Assembly (NCBI GenBank): GCA_964016885.1
Contig: OZ024743.1
Span: forward strand, 182,962,001-183,026,000
Direction: 5' to 3'
DNA length: 64,000 nucleotides
Origin: Eledone cirrhosa
Taxonomy: Eukaryota
Every line of letters begins with the position of its first letter. Position 1 is the stretch's first letter. Of this stretch, positions 36,805 to 49,803 are shown in pieces. The translations under genes and the position numbers were made by a program. Under the pieces are notes generated by a model, which searched no databases, was not told the origin of the DNA, and saw nothing but the letters and a program-made list of their open reading frames with translations.

Positions 36805-37450
36805 ATCATCATCATCATTTAACGTTCGCTTTTCCCTGCTTGCAAGGGTGGGACGGGTCTTATTCAGCACAGCATCTCTCCACTCGTCACGTTCCTTCGT
36901 CATCTCCACCGTGAGCTTCAACGATCTGAGGTCTGTTCTCACCACCTCCGCCCATGTTTTTCGTGGTCTACCTCTACCACGTCTTCCTTCAACAGGCATT
37001 TCCTGGCACTTCTTCACCCATCGGTCATCCTCCATGCGCATCACATGTCCATACCACCTCAGTCTCCTCTCCCGTACACTACATTCTATCCCTCTCAGAC
37101 ACAGTTTCTCTCTCAACACATTCATGCTGGGTCGTTCACGCACATTTACACTGCACATCCAACGGAGCATGCTTGCCTCATTTCTCTCCAGCCGTTGCAT
37201 ATCCTCTGCAGTTGCTGCCTATGTCTCACAGCATGATGCAGCATCGCGCTCCTCACACAGGCATCATATAACCGGCCTTTCGTATGCAGGGAGAACCCCT
37301 TCTTCGTCAGCAGAGGAAGCAGCTCCCTAAACTTCTTCCAACCCGTCCTTATTCTAGATACTATGGCCTCGGAACACCCTCCTCCCATGCTAATCTGATC
37401 TCCTAGGTACCGGAAGCTATCCACCACTTCTATAGCGCCCTCCTGCATTT
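36805..37450 (-). mobile_element. RTE 3' fragment, tail-to-tail with a short plus-strand RTE end (36740-36805)
   Basis: FRYLGD, KGRLYDACVRSAMLH, RRLRWYGHV, GRGRPRKTW; (ATG)n tail. Confidence 0.9.
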
Positions 37451-37568
37451 GATATACACATATTATATACATACATTTTACACATATATTACACACATAT
37501 ATTATACACATATATTATATACATATATTATATACATATATTATACAAATATATTATGCACATATATT

Positions 37569-38525
37569 ACTAGACATGAAAAATGCGCAAGCTCAAAAGT
37601 GCCACAGAATGTTATAATAAACCTTCAAAAGTGTGGGACTAGAGTTGTTGCTAAAAAATATTGTAATCATTATATATCGTACATTCTGTGGCATCCTTTA
37701 TAAAAATAGCTTAAACCAACGAAGCCTTTATTTTTACGCCATTTCACTTAGTTAATTCTTAGAGTGTAACATATAAAAATATGATTTACAACTATAAAAT
37801 AAATTAATTAATATAATAACAGAGCTGCGGAGCTGAAATTTAGGAAATAATGGAGTATCGGATCCTGAGTTGGAGCCAGTCAATTTTTGGCCGACTCCGC
37901 AGCCCTGTATAATACATTTCATATTAAAGTTATTAATAAACCTATTTTACACTTCATGCAAATTACCACGAGATATTGATATTAGATATAAGATACAGCG
38001 CAATATCTACAGCTGTAAAAGTACGAAAGCGAAGTAATAATAAGTGGCTTAAGGTAATTCCAATATGAAAGTTTGTAGTGATAAAAATTTGATAATGCAA
38101 TACGATTGTTAATATTATAGTTCTATGAAAATGTAACAATAGATAACTAAATTATTTTACTATTAGTATATTTAAGAAATTATCATTATAGATTTGATCG
38201 TTCATATAAGCATCATATTAAGTTTCAACACAATTATTTTGTTACTATGAGTATATGATAATAATATTACGTAATTATTTATAGCTGTTATTACATTAAA
38301 CATAGATGTATTTATTTTTATATGTTACACTCTAAGAATTAACTAAGTGAAATAGCGTAAAAATAAAGGCTTCGTTGGTTTAAGCTATTTTTATAAAGGA
38401 TGCCACAGAATGTACGATATATAATGATTACAATATTTTTTAGCAACAACTCTAGTCCCACACTTTTGAAGGTTTATTATAACATTCTGTGGCACTTTTG
38501 AGCTTGCGCATTTTTCATGTCTAGT
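37569..38525. repeat. Foldback: 213-bp near-perfect inverted arms around a 531-bp AT-rich spacer
   Basis: 37569-37781 is the reverse complement of 38313-38525 (one mismatch noticed). Confidence 0.93.
37820..37907. mobile_element. 88-bp hAT-like MITE remnant
   Basis: Termini cagagctgcggag / ctccgcagccctg; flanking 8-mers tataataa / tataatac. Confidence 0.65.
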
Positions 38526-39074
38526 TTAATATTTTTTTAAGGCAACGCTTGTAATAACTCTAGTTAAACAGGATATATATTAATAATAAATTATCGTTGT
38601 AATGTAATTAGATTATGTAATTGTTATTATAAATTATCTTATAAATATTAGTGTAAGATGTATAAAAATATTTTCAGACTTTTAATATAAACAACTACAA
38701 AAAACAATCAATATTAAATCAATATATTATACATAATAGAAAACATAAAATATACAATACAAAAACAAAATATTTACATACAATTGCAATTATCAGTGTA
38801 TATACATTTTCTTTATATTCCCTGAGCAAATTAATAAGATTTGTTTTTATTGTACATAATTTGATGACTTGTTGGAGTGTATTAAAAGATAGCAACAATT
38901 TGTGATTAAATTGTTATCTTAAGCAACTCACTTTTTAATAGTTGTTGGCTGAGCGAAATTGTAAAAGCCTATGAGCAAATATAAAAAAAAATACACAAAC
39001 AACATTTCCTTGTGTTATTACAACATTAGATAAAATAATTGAGCAATGTCGTTATATTTTGCTCTTATTGCACA

Positions 39075-39250
39075 TTAATAGTGTTTCTATTTTTCGGCAC
39101 AAATCCATTACGGCAGTCCATTACTGGTAGTTTATTTTATCGAATTAGTAAGTATGAAAGTCGAAGTTAACCTCGGCAGGATTTGAACTTAGAATGCAAA
39201 GGACCATAACAATACTGCAAAGCATGGTGTCTGACGCTCTACCAATACTT
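39075..39250 (-). mobile_element. Degenerate Meta-like SINE
   Basis: cattactggtagtttattttatcg...gttaacctcggcaggatttgaact...tctgacgctctacc. Confidence 0.7.
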
Positions 39251-39642
39251 GTGTTGAGCTGGTCATTAATTTATGGTGGTCGTGCGTGGAGTAGAGCAAT
39301 CGCTAGTTGAAATATTATGAACAAAACATTTTTATTTGCCGAAGAACATATTTTCAATACTGTTTGTGAATGTGACGAAGGAAATACATTCTGATATGGA
39401 ACAGTGTACAAAGTGTGTCTGTGAATAACATAATGTTACCTCATGTTGTTGTCAAGACATAATGGATTTCGTATATCCAGTTAGAAGATGAAACCTAGCC
39501 ATCTCGGATTAGTTATATTTCATGCCATGTGTAAACGTGTTTGAGGATAGCAAAATATGCGCGTTAATTATAATAATTAGTTAAGAATATTACAAAATAT
39601 ACCTAATTAAACTCTTTGCTTGAAATTTTATCATTCTTCGTT

Positions 39643-39685
<43 letters not shown>

Positions 39686-41023
39686 GGAGAGAGATTTATC
39701 TAGTCCTTCGCTCAAGATTAATCTATAAGTTTAGATGTTTGCCTTCGTTTAAGTAAATATTACAGTAAGATTTTTAATATAAACAACTACAAAAAACAAT
39801 TAATATTAAAACGAAAAAATTATCAATGATAAAAGAAGCGGATGCAACTTTTTTTTTTATAAAGTTATATTCCTGTTTCTTTAAAGAACATTTCATTTTT
39901 GTTCTATTGTAGGCGAAATAATGCAATGGTTTAATAGGGAAGATATAACTTACCAATTATGTCTCTAACCGTGTAACGCTTTTTAAGTAGATAACTACAA
40001 TTGAAAATACTAAAGAAATGGAACCAACAATTCAATTTGAAAGTCGTCTAGTGATAGTGTATTACTGGTACTTTATTTTATCGACCCCGTAACGATGAAA
40101 GGCAAAAATGCAAATGCTTAAAATTTAAATTGCCTTAATTCTATCGTCTGCTGTTTCATTAAAGGGAGATTATCGTCTACTGTTCCACTAAACAGATATA
40201 CCTCCACTATCGTCTCTATTTATACATTTTAACTTATAACTTATACACATTTGATTTGAAATATTTTATCTAGTCCCCCCTCTCAATATTATGATGATTT
40301 CTTTCGAATGAAACAGTTCTAGTCCTGTAGAAGCCATTTATATATATAATTGAACTGAGTTAAAAATTCACAATATTTATAATTAAATAAGCTCATATAT
40401 ATATGTGTGTATTTATCTGTTTATTGTATTATATATAATGTGTGTATATACAGGATGTCCCCCAAAAATATATACACACTTCAACAGCATTCTAATAACT
40501 ATTGCCTGTACAGGTAATCAAAGTGTCAATCGAATGTTAGTTTCGTGTTTTAACAGTACAAATTTACAATACACACATAAAACCAGTGTATATACATACA
40601 TGAGTGTGTATACACATACATGAATGTGTATATACAATATATATGTATATATATATAGACACATATATTCACGGTGCAACGGTACATTAAAATATAGATG
40701 CGGGAGAGGGGGGGTGTATATATAGGGGCGCTGGGGATAAAGGAGTGTAAAGCGTGTGTAATTGATATATTGAGGGAGAGGAGCGTGCAGCGATAGAGTA
40801 ACAAATATATAGAGAGGGGGAGAGATGGTATTGAAGGGGAGGAGTGCAAAGCGAAAGAGTAAGAGATATATATAGAGACGGAACAGATAGAGAGAAACAG
40901 GCGTAAGTAACAGTGGAAGAGATATAGAGAGAGGTACTCTGATTGGTTGAAAATTAGCCAATGACATACGATCACCACCACCACGGCTATCCCCGAAAAA
41001 TTTTTATAGAAGCTAGGCATATA

Positions 41024-41078
41024 TGTTAGAACACGAAAAGTGAACATTCTGTTGTTTCACACTTTTCGTGTTCTAACA
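41024..41078. repeat. Perfect 19-bp inverted repeat with a 17-nt loop
   Basis: tgttagaacacgaaaagtg / cacttttcgtgttctaaca. Confidence 0.9.
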
Positions 41079-41640
41079 GATACACATAATTAGCGTAACT
41101 TTTATTGTACTTTAGTATCTTGATTTCCTTTATCTTCTGATGTTAACATCAAGCTCAAGTGTACTAGTGTCAATAGAATCTTAAGTAATACATATACATA
41201 CACACATATACATACACACACATATACACACACACATACATACATACACACACATATACACACACACATACATACATACACACACATACATATATATACG
41301 TATACATACACACATACATCCAGACACATATATACCATACACACACACATACACATAAACATACATACATACATACACAACACACACACACATATATACG
41401 TATACATACACACATATATACATACACACATACACATAAACATACATACATACATACATACACATACATATATGTAACACTATTTTCACTATAGTTACCT
41501 ACCCCACCCCCATCCCACACCAGCCTCAATCTAATTAAACTAGAGTGTCATTTTAAAAGATTGTAAAATATTTTATGAACTGCTGTTGTTTATATGAAAT
41601 ATAAAGAAATGATTCATGAAGGAAAACTGGATATATGAAC

Positions 41641-42257
41641 ACACAAACATTCCTCATTTAAACCGGATATAGAGGTATAGAGGACCCAAGGAACCCACAA
41701 ACATTCCTCATTTAAACCGGATATAGAGGTATAGAGGACCCAAGGAACCCACAAACATTCCTCATTTAAACCGGATATAGAGGTATAGAGGACCCAAGGA
41801 ACCCACAAACATTCCTCATTTAAACCGGATATAGAGGTATAGAAGACCCAAGGAACCCACAAACATTCCTCATTTAAACCGGATATAGAGGTATAGAAGA
41901 CCCAAGGAACCCACAAACATTCCTCATTTAAACCGGATATAGAGGTATAGAGGACCCAAGGAACCCACAAACATTCCTCATTTAAACCGGATATAGAGGT
42001 ATAGAGGACCCAAGGAACCCACAAACATTCCTCATTTAAACCGGATATAGAGGTATAGAAGACCCAAGGAACCCACAAACATTCCTCGTTTAAACCGGAT
42101 ATAGAGGTATAGAGGACCCAAGGAACCCACAAACATTCCTCATTTAAACCGGATATAGAGGTATAGAAGACCCAAGGAACCCACAAACATTCCTCATTTA
42201 AACCGGATATAGAGGTATAGAAGACCCAAGGAACCCACAAACATTCCTCATTTAAAC
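41641..42257. repeat. 54-bp minisatellite (~11 copies)
   Basis: Unit cccacaaacattcctcatttaaaccggatatagaggtataga(g/a)gacccaaggaa. Confidence 0.97.
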
Positions 42258-42329
42258 TATGTTGTCTCTTTGTTTTAATTCTTTTTATAAAGTTTTCCCT
42301 AAATACAGAAAAAGTTTGGGATATTTTTA

Positions 42330-42460
42330 ATAATAATAATAATCAAAATTATTGTGTACAGTGCTAAGGTGCACTACAACTCATCAAAGGTGCATGTATA
42401 GTACATAGAATAATGTACAAATGTCAAGAAAGTGAACAATGTATGAGTCATGTATACACA
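42330..42460 (-). mobile_element. CR1-group 3' UTR tip
   Basis: aattattgtgtacagtgctaaggtgcactacaactc matches 29310-29420 and 49710-49770. Confidence 0.8.
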
Positions 42461-42479
42461 CAGACACACACACACACAT

Positions 42480-42727
42480 GCGTATGAGATGGTATGGACA
42501 TGTGATGTGCATGGAGGATGATCGCTGGGTTAAGAAGTGCCAAGAAATCCCAGTAGAAGGAAGATGCAGTAGTGGTAGATCACATAAAACATGGGTGGAG
42601 GTGGTGAGAGCAGACCTCAGATTGATGAAACTCACCGAGGAGATGACGAAGGACCGTGACAAGTGGAGAGAGGCTGTGCTGAATAGGACCCGTCCAACCT
42701 TTGCAAGCAGGGAAAAGCAGACGTAAA

Positions 42728-42774
<47 letters not shown>

Positions 42775-42785
42775 AATGATGATGA
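42480..42785 (+). mobile_element. RTE 3' fragment with (GAT)n tail
   Basis: RWYGHVMCMEDDRWVKKC...TWVEVVRADL. Confidence 0.88.
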
Positions 42786-42789
42786 AAGT

Positions 42790-44950
42790 CTCTCCAAAAT
42801 TTACCATTTTCCATTGCTCCTGGTAACTGTTCCCTACTGAGGTTTGTATTGTCTGAGAGTTCATTGATGAAGGTTCAAGCAGGTCTTCCTGTACAACATC
42901 TCCCATGAGTTAATTCCCACAATAGTAACTTGTGTATAACTTCCTCTATTGTGTCTCCCATGAACTGGTTCCCACAATAGTAGCTTGTGTATAACTTCCT
43001 CTACTGTCTCTCGTGAGTTAGTTCCCACAATAGTAACTTGTGTATAACTTCCTCTACTGTGTCTCCCATGAGTTAGTTCCCACAATAGTAACTTGTGTAT
43101 AACTTCCTCTACTGTGTCTCCCATGAATTAGTTCCCACAATAGTAACTTGTGTATAACTTCCTCTACTGTGTCTCCCATGAGTTAGTTCCCACAATAGTA
43201 ACTTGTGTATAATTTCCTCTATTGTGTCTCCCATGAGTTAGTTCCGACAATAGTAGCTTGTGTATAACTTCCTATACTGTGTCTCCCATGAGTTAGTTCC
43301 GACAATAGTAACTTGTGTATAACTTCCTCTACTGTGTCTCCCATGAGTTAGCTCCCACAATAGTAGCCTGTGTATAACTTCCTATACTGTGTCTCCCATG
43401 AATTAGTTCCCACAATAGTAACTTGTGTATAACTTCCTCTACTGTGTCTCCCATGAGTTAGTTCCGACAATAGTAGCTTGTGTATAACTTCCTCTACTGT
43501 GTCTCCCATGAGTTGGTTCCGACAATAGTAGCTTGTGTATAACTTCCTCTACTGTGTCTCCCATGAGTTGGTTCCCACAATAGTAACTTGTGTATAACTT
43601 CCTCTACAGCATCTCCCATGAGTTGGTTCCCACAATAGTAGCCTGTGTATAACTTCCTCTACTGTCTCCCATGAGTTGGTTCCCACAATAGTAGCCTGTG
43701 TATAACTTCCTCTACTGTGTCTCCCATGAATTAGTTCTGACAATAGTAACTTGTGTATAACTTCCTCTACTGTGTCTCCCATGAATTAGTTCCGACAATA
43801 GTAACTTGTGTATAACTTCCTCTACTGTGTCTCCCATGAATTAGTTCCGACAATAGTAACTTGTGTATAACTTCCTCTACTGTCTCTCCTATGAGTTAGT
43901 TCCGACAATAGTAGCTTGTGTATAACTTCCTCTACTGTGTCTCCCATGAGTTGGTTCCCACAATAGTAACTTGTGTATAACTTCCTCTACAGCATCTCCC
44001 ATGAGTTGGTTCCCACAATAGTAGCCTGTGTATAACTTCCTCTACTGTCTCCCATGAGTTGGTTCCCACAATAGTAGCCTGTGTATAACTTCCTCTACTG
44101 TCTCCCATGAGTTGGTTCCCACAATAGTAACTTGTGTATAACTTCCTCTACTGTGTCTCCCATGAGTTAGTTCCCACAATAGTAACTTGTGTATAACTTC
44201 CTCTACTGTGTCTCCCATGAGTTAGTTCCCACAATAGTAGCCTGTGTATAACTTCCTCTACTGTGTCTCCCATGAATTAGTTCCGACAATAGTAACTTGT
44301 GTATAACTTCCTCTACTGTGTCTCCCATGAATTAGTTCCAACAATAGTAACTTGTGTATAACTTCCTCTACTGTGTCTCCCATGAGTTAGTTCCCACAAT
44401 AGTAGCCTGTGTATAACTTCCTCTACTGTGTCTCCCATGAATTAGTTCCCACAATAGTAACTTGTGTATAACTTCCTCTACTGTGTCTCCCATGAATTAG
44501 TTCCCACAATAGTAACTTGTGTATAACTTCCTCTACTGTGTCTCCCATGAGTTGGTTCCCACAATAGTAACTTGTGTATAACTTCCTCTACAGCATCTCC
44601 CATGAGTTGGTTCCCACAATAGTAACTTGTGTATAACTTCCTCTACTGCATCTCCCATGAGTTAGTTCCCACAATAGTAACTTGTGTATAACTTCCTCTA
44701 CAGCATCTCCCATGAGTTAGTTCCCACAATAGTAACTTGTGTATAACTTCCTCTACAGCATCTCCCATGAGTCGGTTCCCACAATAGTAGCCTGTGTATA
44801 ACTTCCTCTACAGCATCTCCCATGAGTTGGTTCCCACAATAGTAGCCTGTGTATAACTTCCTCTACAGCATCTCCCATGAGTTGGTTCCCACAATAGTAG
44901 CTAGTATATAACTTCCTGCTTACTTCTCCATCAATGTCCTGTAATTATGA
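42790..44950 (-). repeat. 55-bp minisatellite (~36 copies, ~42895-44915) embedded in a LINE C-terminal fragment
   Basis: Unit tgtgtctcccatgagttagttcccacaatagtaacttgtgtataacttcctctac; flanks continue the LINE reading frame on both sides. Confidence 0.93.
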
Positions 44951-45279
44951 AGTTATATAGTGGCAAAAATGGTGTTATGTAAATTGAGTTCCAGAGAGTA
45001 TTTGCTAGTTCTGTTTCTTATATATTCTATTCTGTTATTTTAAAGTGGTAGATGGTTCAATCCACCTTATATTACCCCTTTCCTAATTGGATGGAATGAA
45101 CCTCTGTTGCTTTTGATGATTAGTCTTCCAGTTGTTTGATCAATGGTACAGAATACTTATGAAATTAATGTGTAAGTGGCTGAACATTCTAAAGACACAT
45201 GTACACTTGATATAATTCTCAGGGAGATTCAGCATGACACAGCCTGTGACAAGGTTGGCTGTTTGAATTACAGGTACAG

Positions 45280-45437
45280 TCCATCTGAGAGGCTTCCAAC
45301 AGTTCCCATCCACACAATTTCACTTACAAGACATGGGTTCACCTGAAGTTATGGTAAATGACCTAAGATACCACATAGTGGAAGTGAACCTGGAACGTAA
45401 TGATTGTGAAGCAATCTTGTTAAACCATTTAGCCATG
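45280..45437 (-). mobile_element. Degenerate tRNA-derived SINE, third family
   Basis: Minus strand: tggctaaatggtttaacaagattgcttcacaatc...ggttcacttccac (A/B-box-like). Confidence 0.5.
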
Positions 45438-45829
45438 TTATCTTCACTCAATGTTAGAAATCATTTTCGTTGCTGTAATGTCTCTTAGCTTCTGATATAA
45501 ATATACAAAAAGTGATTGGTGTACTGACTTGGTCTATGTAGACTCATCCAACCCTTGCTAGCAGGGAAAGCAGGCATTAAATGATGGTGATGATGAAATA
45601 CAATTTATACAATAAAAAAAAAGGGAAAATATGTGGGAGAAGACATAACAAGCCACAACAAGAGGCATTGAAGTTTCCATCTAATAACTTTTTAGGCAAG
45701 CCGACACACTCACAACATTGCCCAGCAGGTGGAAGTGAGGCTAAAGTACTGTAATAACCAAGCACCCTCATGAGTGATTCATTAAGGTGTTACTTTAATT
45801 TATATGATCTCATAACTGGTAGAATGAAA

Positions 45830-46090
45830 CTCTTCTTCTCCCTCTCCCACTTCTTCCTGGGAGAATTGTGAGGGCAGAGTCCTCAAATACTCCTTCCAGC
45901 AGGTCCTGTCAGAAGCATCTGTCTCCAATTGATCAGGCTGGATCCCTAGGTGAGACCAGCCAAGCTCATGGATGTTATCCAACCATCTTGCTTGGGGTCT
46001 ACCCCTGGGTTTCCTGCCAGTTGGTTTTTACCTGTAAAATCTGTTCAGCAATTCTTTCCTGAGACATTCTAACCACATGTCCATATTATG
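45830..46090 (-). mobile_element. RTE 3' fragment
   Basis: PRGRPQARWLDNIHELGWSHLGIQPDQLET.ASDRTCWKE.LRTLP. Confidence 0.8.
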
Positions 46091-46397
46091 GCCAATTTAC
46101 TTGATCAAATGATAGATAAATAACAATAATATCTCCATTTTTAGATCACATGATTATATACATACTGAGTTATATATATATATATATATATATATAGTGG
46201 TAGAACACTGGAAGGTAATATCCATAGTGGTAGAGCACTCAGTCCATGGTTATGTAACCACTTCTATATATATATATATATATATATAAAACCAAATGTT
46301 AATAAGGTTCATTGATTACTCAACAGTAAAGTTTTCTAGAGTTATTAATATTATTCAAAATATTAATAAATGGAGACATTTACATAATCAAAATATG

Positions 46398-46459
46398 TTT
46401 TATTATATATATTTCGGAGGTACTGTGCTGTTTTTTCAGTATGTCCTCATCAGATAAAA
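46398..46459 (-). ncRNA. Minimal type I hammerhead ribozyme (mirror copy)
   Basis: ttttat-CTGATGA-ggacatactg/cagtacctcc-GAAA-tatata-TA|ataaaa. Confidence 0.8.
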
Positions 46460-47529
46460 TATATGAATTGATGTATGACATACCTCAACTGTGTTGATGG
46501 TTCAATTTCAGTCTTGGCAGTGATTTATTACAACAAAACTCAATATTTATATACCACAAATAATAACATGACAAACTAAATATGATGGAGAGAGGGATAT
46601 GTAGCGATATACAAGTTTTAGGAGGGGGTGAGTATGAGAAAATATAGAAGACATAAATAACCCGTAAATATCTGTGTTAGAGAAAAACCAAGAGAGAGAG
46701 AGAGTGCTAAATATAAGAGAGGAGGGAAGAAACTAAAAAGATGAAGATAAAAGGAAGAAGGAGATATAATAGAGAATGGAATACATAACTGTAAAGGAAA
46801 AGAACTATCACAACTAATATGGTCTTTAAAAGAGAAAAATATAAAATACTCAATTTCTTGGATTAAGCTTAGAAACTCTGAATCCTATCGGAACGCTTCC
46901 ATCTCACCAAACTGCAATCTTTGCAATTTAGAGACTCTATTAATAATTACTAATTATGGTAATTTAATTAATAAGAAAAGTGAGCTATTTTCAAATTGCT
47001 TCCATAAATCTGGAAGAACATTTCAAGCATCATATAAATTTAGGAAAAAACATTGACTGAGTGAGAAAAAAATATTGACATTTATTAATAATTCTTGTAA
47101 TACTACTGTTATTGTTATTATTGTGTATAATGTTTTACCTTACTTTATAAGATTGCATATGGTTCTTTTATATAGTAAGTTAATCTCATGATTGACTAAA
47201 TACCTTTAGTTTGGTTTGAGAATCCTCTTTTTATGACTGGAATTTTCTAAATTTGAGATCTGAAATAACTTCAGACTTTCAAACCATTTAGCTAATTTAA
47301 ACGTGTTGTATACAGTAAGATTTTGTTGAATCGAAATAATAATACTTTCAAGAGTAAATATAACTAATAATTAATCCTATATGTAATTGACAACTATTGA
47401 TTTAAACTTTATAATGTTCATAATTCTAAACATTATATAAATTGCATATACAGATGCTAATATACGATTAAGTTATGATAAATACTCTCATACATATTTA
47501 CTATATTTGTAAATATCATTGGTAGTTAA

Positions 47530-47717
47530 TAATTGTTTCTACTTTTGGCACAAGGCCAGCAATTACTCAGTGCATTACTGGTACATTATTTTATTGATCC
47601 CGTAAGGATGAAAGGCAAAGTTAACCTCGGCGGGATTTGAACTCAGAATGGCAAGGGCGGTAACTCTATACATCAAAGCATGGCGTCTGACCCTCTACCG
47701 ATACTGCCAATCCACCA
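47530..47717 (-). mobile_element. Meta-like SINE nested in the Penelope remnant
   Basis: Reverse complement of the 13227-13413 family. Confidence 0.85.
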
Positions 47718-48319
47718 ATGATTTTGATTTTGAATCTTGTAACTTAATATTTAATATATTTATTAATTTAACTATGCTCCTGATTATCATTGAAAATATC
47801 TTATATTGTTTAATTTTGATATAATATAATAGTATAATTTGCTCAAATATAACCAAATACAATAGATAAAAAATTTCACGATATTTAATTGGTCGCTTCT
47901 ACCTGACTTAATATTTGAAAAAAACTGTCACGCATCATGACCCTTTCTTCTTTCTTTCTTTTTTTAAAATTTCTTTTCCTTTACAGTTATGTATTCCATT
48001 CTCTCTTCTCCTTCTCCTTCCTTTTATCTTCATCTTTTTAGTTTCTTCCCTCCTCCCTTATATTTAGCACTCTCTCTCTCTCTCTCTTGTTTTTTTCTCT
48101 AACACAGATATTTACGGGTTATTTATGTCTTCTATATTTTCTCATACTTACCCCCTCCTAAAACTTGTATATCGCTACATATCCTTCTCTCCATCATATT
48201 TAGTTTGTCATGTTGTTACTTGTGGTATATAAATATTGAGTTTTGTTGTAATAAATCACTGCCAAGACTGAAATTGAACCATCAACACAGTTGAGGTATG
48301 TCATACATCAATTCATATA

Positions 48320-48381
48320 TTTTATCTGATGAGGACGTACTGAAAAAACAGCACAGTACCTCTGAAATATATATAATAAAA
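48320..48381 (+). ncRNA. Minimal type I hammerhead ribozyme
   Basis: ttttat-CTGATGA-ggacgtactg/cagtacctct-GAAA-tatata-TA|ataaaa; predicted cleavage after 48375. Confidence 0.82.
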
Positions 48382-48427
48382 CATATATTTTGATTATGTA
48401 AATGTCTCCATTTATTAATATTTTGAA

Positions 48428-48484
<57 letters not shown>

Positions 48485-48899
48485 CTGAAAATAAATTAGT
48501 TAACACAGCTTATGTTTTTGATCGATTAATTTATTTTTGCATAATTTTCAACAAAATATACATAACATTATTATATTTACATATATTTGCATATACAGGG
48601 TTAGCAATGAAAGGATAAAGAAATAATACAAAAAAATAGGGAACAATCCCTAACCCTTAAAAATAAATATAAAGGGTGGTGCCCCAGCATAACCTCAGCC
48701 AGATGGCTGGAACAGGTAAAAGAGTATATATATATATATATTTTTAAAAATCCATCAGCTTTCAGCAGCAGCAATTAGTAGAAGATTGTATGAAAATGAT
48801 ATTTAGTACCTCATAGTTTAGAAATTCCATAAATTTTAGTGTTTAAAAACAAATGAATGTCTTTAATGTTCCTTCATCTCAACTGAGAAATAGCAATAA

Positions 48900-49570
48900 T
48901 GGTTTCTAATTTAGGAACAATGCCAGCAATTTGTGGGGAGGGGGAGTCAATTATATTGACCCCTGTGCATTACTGGTACTTTATTTTATCAACCCAGAAA
49001 GATAAAAGGCAAAGTTGACCATGGCAGGATTTGAACTCGGAATGCAAAGGGACGTAACTCTATACCACACAGATTGTTGTCTGACGCTCTACCGACATTG
49101 CCAATCCACTGCCCTTAATAATGGTTTCTGACTTAGGCACGAGGCCAACTATTTTGGGAGAGGGGGAAGTTGATTAAATTGACTCCAGTGCATTACTGGT
49201 ACTTTATTTTATTAACATCAACAGGATGAAAGGCAAAGTTGACTTTGGTAGGATTTGAACTTTAGCTAAAGAAATATATCAATGTTTTCTCAACACCAAT
49301 AAAAGGTTGTAACTTAATGCTACAAAGTGTCTGATGTTCTGCTGATATTGCTAATCCACTACCCTTACCTCACAATAATAATAATAATGATAACATTTTC
49401 TAAGCTAGACACAAGGCCACATATTTTTAAGGAGGGTATAGTCAAAAGTCAGTTTTATCAACCCCCCTCATAAGATGAAAGTAACAGTGATCTTCAGTAT
49501 TTGAATTAAGAAGATAAAAAAGTCATAACTAAATACCAGCAGACATTTAATGCCCTACTGATTCTTCTAC
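48900..49570 (-). mobile_element. Three tandem, increasingly degenerate Meta-like SINEs
   Basis: Repeated gtgcattactggtactttatttt...aaggcaaagttgac...ggatttgaact. Confidence 0.75.
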
Positions 49571-49803
49571 CTTGTATTGTTGCTGTATGTTAGGTTGTAA
49601 TAGGGGGATTGTTTTTATGCAGACATTTGACAGTAGGGAAGGGAAACTGGTTAAAATAAAGCAATTTTATTTGGCATTTCTAACCATAGCCATCTTAAAA
49701 ATAATAATGAAATTATTGTGTAAAGTGCTCAGGTGCACTACAACTCGTCAATATAGTACATAGAATAATACACAAATGCCAGGGAAGTACATGTTTGTAT
49801 GTG

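Larger units (their letters stand above)
46288..48435 (+). mobile_element. Second, heavily truncated Penelope-like insertion with inverted terminal duplication in (TA)n
   Basis: 46346-46804 is the reverse complement of 47971-48435; ~46838-47058 encodes NIKYSISWIKLRNSESYRNASISPNCNLCNLETLLIITNYGNLINKKSELFSNCFH (GIY-YIG C-terminus). Confidence 0.85.
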
